Source: Spirochaetia bacterium
GTDB taxonomy: Bacteria > Spirochaetota > Spirochaetia > UBA9216
Reading direction: 5' to 3'
Assembly (NCBI GenBank): GCA_963675665.1
Contig: OY776510.1
Span: forward strand, 1,344,001 to 1,408,000
Length of the DNA: 64,000 nucleotides
Under the pieces are notes generated by a model. That model saw only the letters and a program-made list of their open reading frames with translations. It had not been told where the DNA came from and ran no database searches. Numbering within the stretch: the stretch's first letter is position 1; every line of letters starts with the position of its first letter. A program made the position numbers and the translations under genes. This document shows, in pieces, positions 1 through 7,815 of the stretch.

Positions 1-756
1 GGCAATCTTCCGAAGCCTGCTTATTCTTCTGCGACGGCTGTTTATAACGGCATGATATACCTGGCGGGAGGTTTGTCGGATAAACAGTACCTGGACAAGG
101 TTTACCGTTTTGATCCGGAGTCGGAAACTGTTCAGGCGATGAAAGATCTGCCGTTTCCCGCGGCCTTCGGTTCGATGTCTGCAGTTGGAGACAGTCTATA
201 TTATATCGGGGGCTTTGACGGCGAATTGCTTCGCAGCGATATTATTGAAATTGATCCGGAGACCGGCAGCGCCGTCGTCAAGGCTGTTTTACCGCAGCCG
301 CTGGAATATCACCGGTCAATCACCGCCGGATCCGTGATCTATATAATCGGCGGAGAGAATGATCAGCGGGAATATTCATCCTCTGTTTATGCGTATTCCC
401 CTGCTGAAAACAGTATAAAAGAGCTGGAAGGCCGGATAAGCCCGGTATCCAGGTTCGGGATAGTCAAAGAACAGTCAGGAAGCCCTGCCGGTACAATAAT
501 TATTGCCGGAGGATGGGGAAACGGCCAGAGAAATGATTTTCGAAGTCTTCTTTTTGAAAACAGCCTCTGTTCCGAAGAAATTATCGGGACCATTCCGGAA
601 CCTTTTTCCGATGTTGAGTTAATCAGCTGGAACGGGAAGCTGTATCTGGCAGGCGGCACCGAACCGGAATACAAGCGGCAGATCAGGTTTGTAAAAATTG
701 ATTCGGAAAATATGGCAAACGAGGATATAAAGCTTAAAAGTTATGTCTGGCGCTGA
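1..756 (+). CDS. Kelch-repeat (beta-propeller) protein, 5' end outside window
   Basis: Repeated (L/I)Y(L/I)xGG kelch blades (IYLAGG, LYYIGG, IYIIGG, LYLAGG); frame open from base 1 (GNLPKPAYSSATAVYNG precedes the ATG at 52). Confidence 0.8.
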   Translation, partial: GNLPKPAYSSATAVYNGMIYLAGGLSDKQYLDKVYRFDPESETVQAMKDLPFPAAFGSMSAVGDSLYYIGGFDGELLRSDIIEIDPETGSAVVKAVLPQPLEYHRSITAGSVIYIIGGENDQREYSSSVYAYSPAENSIKELEGRISPVSRFGIVKEQSGSPAGTIIIAGGWGNGQRNDFRSLLFENSLCSEEIIGTIPEPFSDVELISWNGKLYLAGGTEPEYKRQIRFVKIDSENMANEDIKLKSYVWR

Positions 757-801
757 ATGTAACGGCAGGAAGTCCTCAAATAGATTTTTCCCCACCTTTA
801 A

Positions 802-842
802 ATGTAATTACATATTGACAAATGTACATTTCGTGTTACAAT
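802..842 (+). promoter_or_regulatory. Sigma70-type promoter of the aor operon with overlapping palindromic operators
   Basis: TTGACA 815-820, 16-nt spacer, TGnTACAAT 834-842; perfect palindromes ATGTAATTACAT 802-813 and AAATGTACATTT 820-831 (candidate sites for the GntR at 7816). Confidence 0.6.
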
Positions 843-887
843 AATAATCGGTGGTAAACAACAATAAACAATAAAATACGGGAGGAT

Positions 888-983
888 AATAAAAAAAGTA
901 CTTCCTTGGACTTTTTTTATTTTAAAGTTTGATAAGCGGTGCTCATCAAACTTTACTCTCCGTTGCCCGCCCTCCATGGCGGG
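888..983. repeat. Leader hairpin cluster (NTCCAT-loop family, copy 1)
   Basis: Stems 888-899/910-921 and 923-933/945-955, plus CCCGCC-CTCCAT-GGCGGG 966-983. Confidence 0.65.
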
Positions 984-1003
984 TTTGGTATTAGGAGGGA
1001 AAT

Positions 1004-2833
1004 ATGCTCAACGGCGGATACCTGGGGAAGATCCTCAGAATTAATCTCGGTACCAGGGAAATAAGTACTGAAACAATCAGAGAAGAGATTTATTATAAGC
1101 TTCTCGGCGGCAGGGGGTTGGCAGCAAAATATTATTATGAAGAAATTGGGGCCGATGTAAAACCTTTTGATGCCGGGAACAAAATCTTTTTATTTGCCGG
1201 ACCTCTGACCGGATTAACGCTTCCGGCGCCGACAAAGTACCAGCTTTGCACAAAGGCCCCGGAAACCGGGCATTACCTTTGTTCGAATTCATCGGGCAAG
1301 ATGGGTATTATGCTGAAGCGGATGGGTTACGACGGAATGATTCTCGAGGGGAAATGCGACGACTGGACCTGGCTACATGTTAAAGACGGCGAAGTTGTTT
1401 TTAATGATGCTTCGGACTGGGTAGGGAAGATGACCAATGAGGTTATTGACGGGCTTCATAAAAAGGTAGGCAACGATAAGTCGTCGGTTCTTACCATAGG
1501 TCCCGCAGCAGAGAATATGGTGAAGATCTCCTATGTTTGTGTAGACCGCAGGGCTTTCGGGCGCGGCGGGGCCGGGGCGGTTTTTGCTTCAAAAAAGATA
1601 AAAGGAATCGTAACTGAAGGAAGCGGCAAAATCCCGGCTTCTGATCCAGAAAAACTTCTTGAGATTAGAAAGAAGGCTTTTCCGATTCTTCGCGAAACCA
1701 GACCGAATCATACAAAATACGGCACAAGCCAGTATATAACCGCGATAAACGAACTCGGATGTATGCCTACGCGCAACTTCCAGACGACATATTTCGAAGG
1801 CGGCGACAAGGTCGATCATCTGGCACTGTATAATAACTATCTTAAGGGAAATGCTGCATGTACCGGCTGTCCTGTAGCATGCGGTACGGTTGCCAGGGTA
1901 TACGACGGAAAATACAAGGGAGCTGAAGCCAGAACCGAATATGAATCAATCGGACTTCTGGGGCCGAACTGCGGGGTTGATGACTTCGGCGCGGTTGTTG
2001 CGGCGAACCAGCTCTGCGACGAGATCGGGATAGATACAATGAGTGGCGCAAACATTGTGGCCCTGGGAATGGAACTTTACGAAAAAGGGCTTATAACAAA
2101 AGAAGATACCTGCGGAATTGATTTGAGGTTCGGCAACGGCGACGCCCTGATAGAAGCGCTCAGAAAGATTGCAAACCGCGAAGGTATTTTTGATCTGTTG
2201 GCAGAAGGGTCACAAGGCGTGTTGGAAAAACATCCGGAGTGGAAACCTTATATCGTGCACGTCAAGGGAATGAGCCCGGCAGCTTATGACCCGCGCGGGT
2301 TCTATGGAAACGGTCTGACATACGGAACTTCAAGCAGGGGCGCCTGTCACAATGTCGGCGGATGGACTATCCGTGCCGAGCTGCAGAGCGGAGATTACGA
2401 CAGGTTTGCGCTTGAAGGCAAGGGCGAACTGGTTAAGGAAATTCAGGACAACCGGGCCTATGTAGACAGCCTCGGGGTTTGTACAGTAGTAAGAGGATCA
2501 ATGGAGTTTTCAGCCAATCCGAAAGGCGACACCATGAAAGCCGCGACGGGTTATGATTTTATGCCGGAGCTTATCGAAATAGGATCGAGAATTTACACCC
2601 TTGAAAGACTTATTCTCAATCGTGAAGGTCTTGAAAGGGAAGGGGACATGCTTCCGGAACGTCTGCTTAAGGAAGCTGTTCCATCGGGCCCGATAAAGGG
2701 ACAGAGACTGACTGAAGAGATGTATAACCGAATGCTGGACGATTATTATGATGCCCGGGGATGGGATAGAAACGGCGTAGTCAAACCCGAAACCGTAGAA
2801 AACTTCGGGCTTGCGGAGGTTGTTAATCTTTAA
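1004..2833 (+). CDS. aor: Aldehyde:ferredoxin oxidoreductase (tungsten/pterin AOR family)
   Basis: GYLGKILRINL N-terminus, LGGRGL, GRGGAGAVFASKKIKGI, CTGCPVAC Fe-S motif, EYE, DTMS, RGACH, YYDARGWD C-terminus; SD AGGAGG. Confidence 0.93.
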   Translation: MLNGGYLGKILRINLGTREISTETIREEIYYKLLGGRGLAAKYYYEEIGADVKPFDAGNKIFLFAGPLTGLTLPAPTKYQLCTKAPETGHYLCSNSSGKMGIMLKRMGYDGMILEGKCDDWTWLHVKDGEVVFNDASDWVGKMTNEVIDGLHKKVGNDKSSVLTIGPAAENMVKISYVCVDRRAFGRGGAGAVFASKKIKGIVTEGSGKIPASDPEKLLEIRKKAFPILRETRPNHTKYGTSQYITAINELGCMPTRNFQTTYFEGGDKVDHLALYNNYLKGNAACTGCPVACGTVARVYDGKYKGAEARTEYESIGLLGPNCGVDDFGAVVAANQLCDEIGIDTMSGANIVALGMELYEKGLITKEDTCGIDLRFGNGDALIEALRKIANREGIFDLLAEGSQGVLEKHPEWKPYIVHVKGMSPAAYDPRGFYGNGLTYGTSSRGACHNVGGWTIRAELQSGDYDRFALEGKGELVKEIQDNRAYVDSLGVCTVVRGSMEFSANPKGDTMKAATGYDFMPELIEIGSRIYTLERLILNREGLEREGDMLPERLLKEAVPSGPIKGQRLTEEMYNRMLDDYYDARGWDRNGVVKPETVENFGLAEVVNL

Positions 2834-2835
2834 CT

Positions 2836-3102
2836 ATGAACGGCGTCACCGTAACTTTTAAGTATCTGGTTAATTTCAGCGATAAGACCGGGAAGAGCCG
2901 GGAAGATGTTTCGTTTGAGGCCGGTGCTGATCTGAATACCGTTTCAGCCTGGCTTAAAGAGACTTATGATGTTCAGGCCCCGGAAAAAGGAATGCTGAAT
3001 CTTTTAAACGGCCATAGCTGGCATCAGTATCAGGATAAAATGGAAACAAAGCTGAAAGATGGCGATGTCATTATTATAATGCCGTCGATTTCCGGCGGGT
3101 GA
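2836..3102 (+). CDS. MoaD/ThiS ubiquitin-like sulfur carrier
   Basis: 88 aa ending LKDGDVIIIMPSISGG (C-terminal Gly-Gly); directly after aor. Confidence 0.88.
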   Translation: MNGVTVTFKYLVNFSDKTGKSREDVSFEAGADLNTVSAWLKETYDVQAPEKGMLNLLNGHSWHQYQDKMETKLKDGDVIIIMPSISGG

Positions 3103-3282
3103 TTCAAATAAAACATCCATGTTTTATTTGAATTTGAAGTATTAAAGCAAGGCTTTAATACTTCACTTCGCAAACCTGCCATACCTCCGGTGCTGCTTCG
3201 CAGTCCACGGCAGGATTAGATTTGCAGTTTGTTAAGCTTTGCTTCACAAACTGCTCGATAACTACCGGGCCTCCATGCCCGG
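3102..3282. repeat. Intergenic array of five hairpins (NTCCAT-loop family, copy 2)
   Basis: Stems 3102-3114/3121-3133 (loop ATCCAT), 3135-3148/3152-3165, 3175-3180/3209-3214, 3224-3232/3246-3254, and CCGGGC-CTCCAT-GCCCGG 3265-3282. Confidence 0.7.
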
Positions 3283-3335
3283 ATTAAATATGTTTGCAGC
3301 CTGTTATGGCAGGAATTATATATTTGGAGAAAAAT

Positions 3336-3914
3336 ATGAGTATGGAAAATCTGCAGTCGGTTTTAACCGACTTCGATATGAAAACCGGTCTTTCAAAAAC
3401 GAAAAAATCACTACAGAGAAAACTTTCAAACATGAAAGGAATGTTTGCCGATGATGACGCTCTGGATAAAGCACTTGCCTCTGAAGACACTCTTGTTTAT
3501 GAGTTCTATGATATGGGTGTTCCCGATTCCGAAAAAGAAGTTGCGTACGGAACGTCAATAACCTATCCCGGGAAGGTCGGCGATGAATATTTCATGACCA
3601 AGGGTCATTTTCATACTGTTCTGGATACCGCAGAAGTTTATTACTGTCTGAGTGGTCACGGTTATATGCTGATGGAAAACCCTGAAGGCGACTGGGAAGC
3701 TGCAGAGCTTACTCCGGGGAATGCCGTATATGTTCCCGGAAGATACGCCCACAGAAGCATCAATATTTCAAACAGCGAACCACTGGTTACTTTTTATGCT
3801 TTTCCCGGTCATGCCGGTCATGATTACGGCACAATAGAGACCAAAGGTTTCAGAAAGCTGATTGTTGAAAGAGACGGCAAACCGGAAATCATCGACAATC
3901 CAAAATGGAAATAA
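3336..3914 (+). CDS. Cupin-type (archaeal-type) glucose-6-phosphate isomerase family protein
   Basis: YPGKVGDEYFMTKGHFH, EVYY, VYVP and AHRSIN, GHDYG cupin PGI motifs; start moved to ATG 3336 behind GGAGA. Confidence 0.88.
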   Translation: MSMENLQSVLTDFDMKTGLSKTKKSLQRKLSNMKGMFADDDALDKALASEDTLVYEFYDMGVPDSEKEVAYGTSITYPGKVGDEYFMTKGHFHTVLDTAEVYYCLSGHGYMLMENPEGDWEAAELTPGNAVYVPGRYAHRSINISNSEPLVTFYAFPGHAGHDYGTIETKGFRKLIVERDGKPEIIDNPKWK

Positions 3915-3927
3915 GCGGTAACCAATT

Positions 3928-4848
3928 ATGAAAAAGATTCTGGTAACACCGAGATCTCTTTCCGGAAACGGTCATCCGGCTTTGGATGATCTTCGGACAG
4001 CAGGGTATGAAGTTGTTTTTGCAACACCTGGCAAGCAGCCGACTGAAGAAGAACTTTTAGAGATTCTTCCGGAATGCTCGGGATACCTTGCAGGCGTTGA
4101 GCCTGTAAGCGGCAGTGTTTTAAGAAGGTGCCTGAAACTTAAGGTAATCAGCAGGAACGGAGTCGGAATCGATAATGTTGATCTTGCTGCTGCCGAAGAG
4201 ATGGGTATTCATGTCGAGAAAGCCGTCGGGGCCAATTCAAGGGGCGTCGCCGAGCTGGCAGTGACCCTTATGCTTGCAGGAGTGCGTTCGGTCACTTTCA
4301 GCGACCGTCACCTGAAAGCCGGCGGATGGGAACGCCGGAAAGGTTTTGAGCTTGAAGGCAAAACACTTGGTATTATCGGGTGCGGCCAGATAGGCAGGTA
4401 TGTCGCCAAAATAGCGCTTGGGCTTGATATGAAAGTAATGGCATATGATTTATACCCTGATGATAATTTCAAACCGTCGCCAGACTTCGGGTATTCTTCT
4501 ATAGATGAAATTTTCAAAAAAGCAGATGTTATATCGCTTCACTGCCCGCCGGGAGAAAAGCCGCTGATTGATGCAGAGGCTCTTTCCGGAATGAAAGACG
4601 GGGTCTATCTTGTAAATACAGCCCGTGCAGGTCTGGTTGACGAAGCAGCTGTAGTGGCTGCTCTGAATTCTGGCCGGCTTTTCGGAATGGCAACCGATGT
4701 TTTTGCAGAAGAGCCTCCGGTAATGTCTGAACTGATCGCACATGACAAGGTTATGACAACTCCTCATATAGGCGGTCTGACAACCGAAAGTGTCGATCGG
4801 GCAACGCAGACGGCGGTTGATAATATTCTGAAGGTGCTTAATGGTTGA
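3928..4848 (+). CDS. D-2-hydroxyacid dehydrogenase (phosphoglycerate dehydrogenase-like)
   Basis: ISRNGVGIDNVD, GIIGCGQIG, SLHCP, NTAR, DVFxxEP, TPHIG. Confidence 0.9.
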   Translation: MKKILVTPRSLSGNGHPALDDLRTAGYEVVFATPGKQPTEEELLEILPECSGYLAGVEPVSGSVLRRCLKLKVISRNGVGIDNVDLAAAEEMGIHVEKAVGANSRGVAELAVTLMLAGVRSVTFSDRHLKAGGWERRKGFELEGKTLGIIGCGQIGRYVAKIALGLDMKVMAYDLYPDDNFKPSPDFGYSSIDEIFKKADVISLHCPPGEKPLIDAEALSGMKDGVYLVNTARAGLVDEAAVVAALNSGRLFGMATDVFAEEPPVMSELIAHDKVMTTPHIGGLTTESVDRATQTAVDNILKVLNG

Positions 4849-5698
4849 AAACCCCTGTTTTGCGGAGCGACTCCCGCAGGCGGGTTCTGTCAGCTTTACA
4901 TGGCTTGGACAGGCGGGATTTCTTGTTGAAAGCGCTGAAGTAAGGATAGTTATTGATCCCTATCTGTCAGATTCGTTGTATGATAAATACAAGGATAAGA
5001 AATTTCCGCATGTCCGTATGGTCCCTGCTCCTCTGCGTCCTGATGAACTGACGCAGATTGATTTGGTACTGTGTACACACGGGCATACCGATCATATGGA
5101 TCCGGGAACTCTGCCGGTACTTGCTTCAGTCAATCCGGGATGCAGGTTTATCTGTCCGGCTTCTGAAAAGGAAAAAGCTCTGGACCGGGGTGTTCCGGCG
5201 GCAATGTTTATCGGCCTTGATGATGGAGGACGGTTTGACGACAGCTTAAACAGCGGCATCGTCGTATCGGCAGTTGCTTCTGCTCATGAGACGCTTGAAA
5301 AGGACAGTTCCGGCCGAAGTCTGTTTTTGGGATATGTGATCGGGATTAACGGTTTGAAAATATACCATTCCGGCGATTGTATTCCGTATAATGGCCTGTG
5401 GGAAAAACTGCTGAATCTGAAAATTGATATTGCATTTCTTCCTGTAAACGGGCGTGACGATTTTCGTAAATCCAACGGGATTCCCGGAAATTTTACGGTT
5501 GAGGAAGCTGCAGATCTCTGCAGCAACGCCGGAATAGAAGTTTTGATTCCTCATCATTTTGGAATGTTTGTTTTTAATTCCGGGGACCCTCAAAAAATTG
5601 AGCAGGTATTGTCGAAATCAGGTCTAAAATATACAATTCCCGAAATTGGTAAAAAAACTGAGTTTATTAAAAGGGAATATTCGGTAAGTTTTTTATAG
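4841..5698 (+). CDS. MBL-fold metallo-hydrolase (UlaG/sugar lactonase-like)
   Basis: WLGQAGF, IDPYLS, THGHTDH, HSGD, PVNG, IPHH. Confidence 0.85.
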   Translation: MVENPCFAERLPQAGSVSFTWLGQAGFLVESAEVRIVIDPYLSDSLYDKYKDKKFPHVRMVPAPLRPDELTQIDLVLCTHGHTDHMDPGTLPVLASVNPGCRFICPASEKEKALDRGVPAAMFIGLDDGGRFDDSLNSGIVVSAVASAHETLEKDSSGRSLFLGYVIGINGLKIYHSGDCIPYNGLWEKLLNLKIDIAFLPVNGRDDFRKSNGIPGNFTVEEAADLCSNAGIEVLIPHHFGMFVFNSGDPQKIEQVLSKSGLKYTIPEIGKKTEFIKREYSVSFL

Positions 5699-5726
5699 GA
5701 GGAATGATAAAAAGTCTTCATGAGCT

Positions 5727-5879
5727 GGTGAATTGATATACTGCCTTAACTTTAATTGAGGCAGTAAGGTTACTGTTCGACATTTTTACTGGTCCGCGAG
5801 ACCGTTTAGGAGATTGAAGAGCCGTAACCGAAACATTCAATGGTCTGCGAGACCGGATAGGAGAATGGAACAATTCACC
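5727..5879 (+). ncRNA. Predicted bridge/seek RNA of the IS110-family element
   Basis: Outer stem GGTGAATTG 5727-5735/CAATTCACC 5871-5879; 5' hairpin 5739-5766; two loop modules each capped by GGTC-YGCGA-GACC and flanked by segments matching the target and donor junctions. Confidence 0.75.
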
Positions 5880-5914
5880 GTATAGGCACTGCTTCAAACT
5901 ATTGGAGATAGAAC

Positions 5915-7027
5915 ATGAAGATGAGTATTGGCGTGGATCTTCACAAAACGCAGTTTACAGTATGCCTTTTAAGTGAAGACCGAAAAATTGATCAATTGGG
6001 AATGTATCCGACCAGCGGAAATGGTTATGGAGCATTTCTGAAAATGCTGGATGAATATTGTGAAGAGGAATATGAGTTGAGAGCAGCGGTGGAAACAACC
6101 GGGAATGCCCGTTATTTCCGCAATAAACTGTTAAAGGCTGGAGTCGAAGTGGTTGTAGTGAATACTTTGAAATTCAAGGTAGTGAATGAATCTGTAAAAA
6201 AGACAGACAAACATGATGCACGCACCCTGGCGGAGTTTCTTGAGAAAGACATGCTGCCTGAATCGATATTATGTTCCCAAGAGAGTGAGGATATTCGAAG
6301 GGTGCTGAAATCCAGGTCGATACTGGTAAAATCTGTTGTGTCGTTAAAGAACCAGGTGCATGGCTTATTACTTGGTTATGGAATAGAGACCAAACGCGGA
6401 CAGCTGCAGAGTAAAAAAGAAAGGCAGCGAATCCTGAACGGTCTCGAGGACCACGACTTTTACGGAAGCGCTGCCAAAACGGTAATACCGTTACTGGATA
6501 TGATAGATAATCAGGCATCGCAAGTCAAGCAGCTTGAAAAGGTTTTGGCTGAGCTTGTGGAGGACGATGAAGATGTTGAGCTTCTGCAGACAATACCAGG
6601 CGTGGGTCTAATAACAGCAGCAACAGTAAGAGCCTATACAGACGATATCGGCAGATATGATAGTGCGAAGAAATATGCAGCAAACGCCGGGCTTGTGCCA
6701 TGGGTGCAGAACTCAAATATGACAATACATCATGGACATATAACAAAGCGTGGGCCTGTAGAACTGAGGACAGCCTTCGTACAGATGGTGATGGGAATGG
6801 TTCGTATGCAAAAGAAGACCGGGACGTACCGAATAATGACGAAGTATGCAGCGATGAAGAAGCAGAAAGGCTCGGGTAAGAGTGTAATAGCTGCCGCCCG
6901 CAAGATGAGCACTTTGGTATATACAATTTTAAAAACCAGAGAGCCGTTTGATCCGATGAAAATGGCTTTTAGAAAAGAATACAGGGAAATGCAGGCAGCA
7001 GCATGGGAAGCTGTAATGGTCGGTTGA
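5915..7027 (+). CDS. IS110 family transposase (DEDD RuvC-like recombinase)
   Basis: IGVDLHK, AVETTG, KTDKHDA, LQTIPGVG, AGLVPxxxNS, HITKRG..LR. Confidence 0.95.
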   Translation: MKMSIGVDLHKTQFTVCLLSEDRKIDQLGMYPTSGNGYGAFLKMLDEYCEEEYELRAAVETTGNARYFRNKLLKAGVEVVVVNTLKFKVVNESVKKTDKHDARTLAEFLEKDMLPESILCSQESEDIRRVLKSRSILVKSVVSLKNQVHGLLLGYGIETKRGQLQSKKERQRILNGLEDHDFYGSAAKTVIPLLDMIDNQASQVKQLEKVLAELVEDDEDVELLQTIPGVGLITAATVRAYTDDIGRYDSAKKYAANAGLVPWVQNSNMTIHHGHITKRGPVELRTAFVQMVMGMVRMQKKTGTYRIMTKYAAMKKQKGSGKSVIAAARKMSTLVYTILKTREPFDPMKMAFRKEYREMQAAAWEAVMVG

Positions 7028-7089
7028 TATCCGACTAGATCATAAGCTTATATTTTTAGCTTGTGGTTGACTTTTTATAGGAGAAAAGA

Positions 7090-7713
7090 ATGAGTGATAT
7101 TTTTGAAACAATAGGCAGAATAAAACTGGTGCCGGTTGTCAAGATAGATGATGCAAAGGATGCTCCGGCATTGGGCAAAGCTTTATGCGACGGAGGGCTT
7201 CCGATTGCCGAGGTTACTTTCAGAACGGCAGCCGCAGAAGAGGCTATCAGGCTGATGGTGAAAGAAAACAGCGGGATGCTTATCGGAGCAGGTACCGTGC
7301 TGACTGTTGAAAACGCAAAAAAAGCGATTGATGCAGGAGCCGCGTTTATAGTGTCTCCGGGCTTCAATCCTGAAGTTGTAGATTTTTGTATTTCCCAGGG
7401 AATGCCGGTAACTCCGGGAGTTACAAACCCAACCCAGGTCGAGATGGGGTTGTCAAGAGGTTTAAAGGTTTTAAAGTTCTTTCCTGCTGAAGCCGCAGGC
7501 GGATTGAAGATGCTGAAGGCAATGGGAGCCGTATACGATGTGAAATTTATGCCTACAGGCGGAATTAACGCATCCAATTTGAAAGAATACCTGGCATATG
7601 ATAAAATACTTGCCTGTGGTGGAAGCTGGATGGTTAAAGCCGATCTGATCTCATCAGGGAACTTTGCCGAGATTACCAGACTGACTAAAGAGGCAATGGA
7701 ACTGACAAAGTAG
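7090..7713 (+). CDS. eda: KDPG/KHG aldolase
   Basis: EVTFRT, IGAGTVL, FIVSPG, PGVTNPT, KFFPA, FMPTGGI, ACGGSW. Confidence 0.95.
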   Translation: MSDIFETIGRIKLVPVVKIDDAKDAPALGKALCDGGLPIAEVTFRTAAAEEAIRLMVKENSGMLIGAGTVLTVENAKKAIDAGAAFIVSPGFNPEVVDFCISQGMPVTPGVTNPTQVEMGLSRGLKVLKFFPAEAAGGLKMLKAMGAVYDVKFMPTGGINASNLKEYLAYDKILACGGSWMVKADLISSGNFAEITRLTKEAMELTK

Positions 7714-7723
7714 CTAATAAACA

Positions 7724-7759
7724 AGTCTGCATTTTTTCTGAATGAATAAGATGCAGACT
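7724..7759 (+). terminator. Stem-loop after eda
   Basis: AGTCTGCAT 7724-7732 and ATGCAGACT 7751-7759 with imperfect inner pairing; no clear U tract. Confidence 0.35.
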
Positions 7760-7815
7760 CCCAAGGGCCGATGTTGTTTATACAGGCAGTGTCGGCTTTG
7801 AAAGGAAGGTCCGGT

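Larger units (their letters stand above)
5700..7081 (+). mobile_element. IS110/IS1111-family insertion sequence inserted in the eda ribosome-binding site
   Basis: Transposase 5915-7027; TTTTTATAGGAG at both junctions (5690-5701, 7072-7083); 10-bp subterminal inverted repeats ATAAAAAGTC 5707-5716 and GACTTTTTAT 7069-7078; exact crossover ambiguous within AGGAG. Confidence 0.88.

Noticed and set aside
3239-3454. Alternative ORF and the N-terminal extension of the PGI ORF (from 3294)
   Set aside because: They overlap the hairpin array and lack an SD; ATG 3336 has GGAGA upstream.
5704-5736. Mini-ORF MIKSLHELVN after AGGAGG at the IS left junction
   Set aside because: SD-to-ATG spacing is only 1-2 nt, so translation is unlikely.
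5781-5867. Two similar repeats considered as a mini-CRISPR
   Set aside because: Only two units and no cas genes; better explained as bridge-RNA loops.
5690-7083. 12-bp direct repeat read as a classical target-site duplication
   Set aside because: The right copy overlaps the subterminal inverted repeat, so it is part of the element end; IS110-family recombinases do not make staggered-cut duplications.
7067-7095. Hybrid outward promoter from the IS -35 into eda
   Set aside because: No -10 at 16-18 bp; the position falls on the eda start codon.
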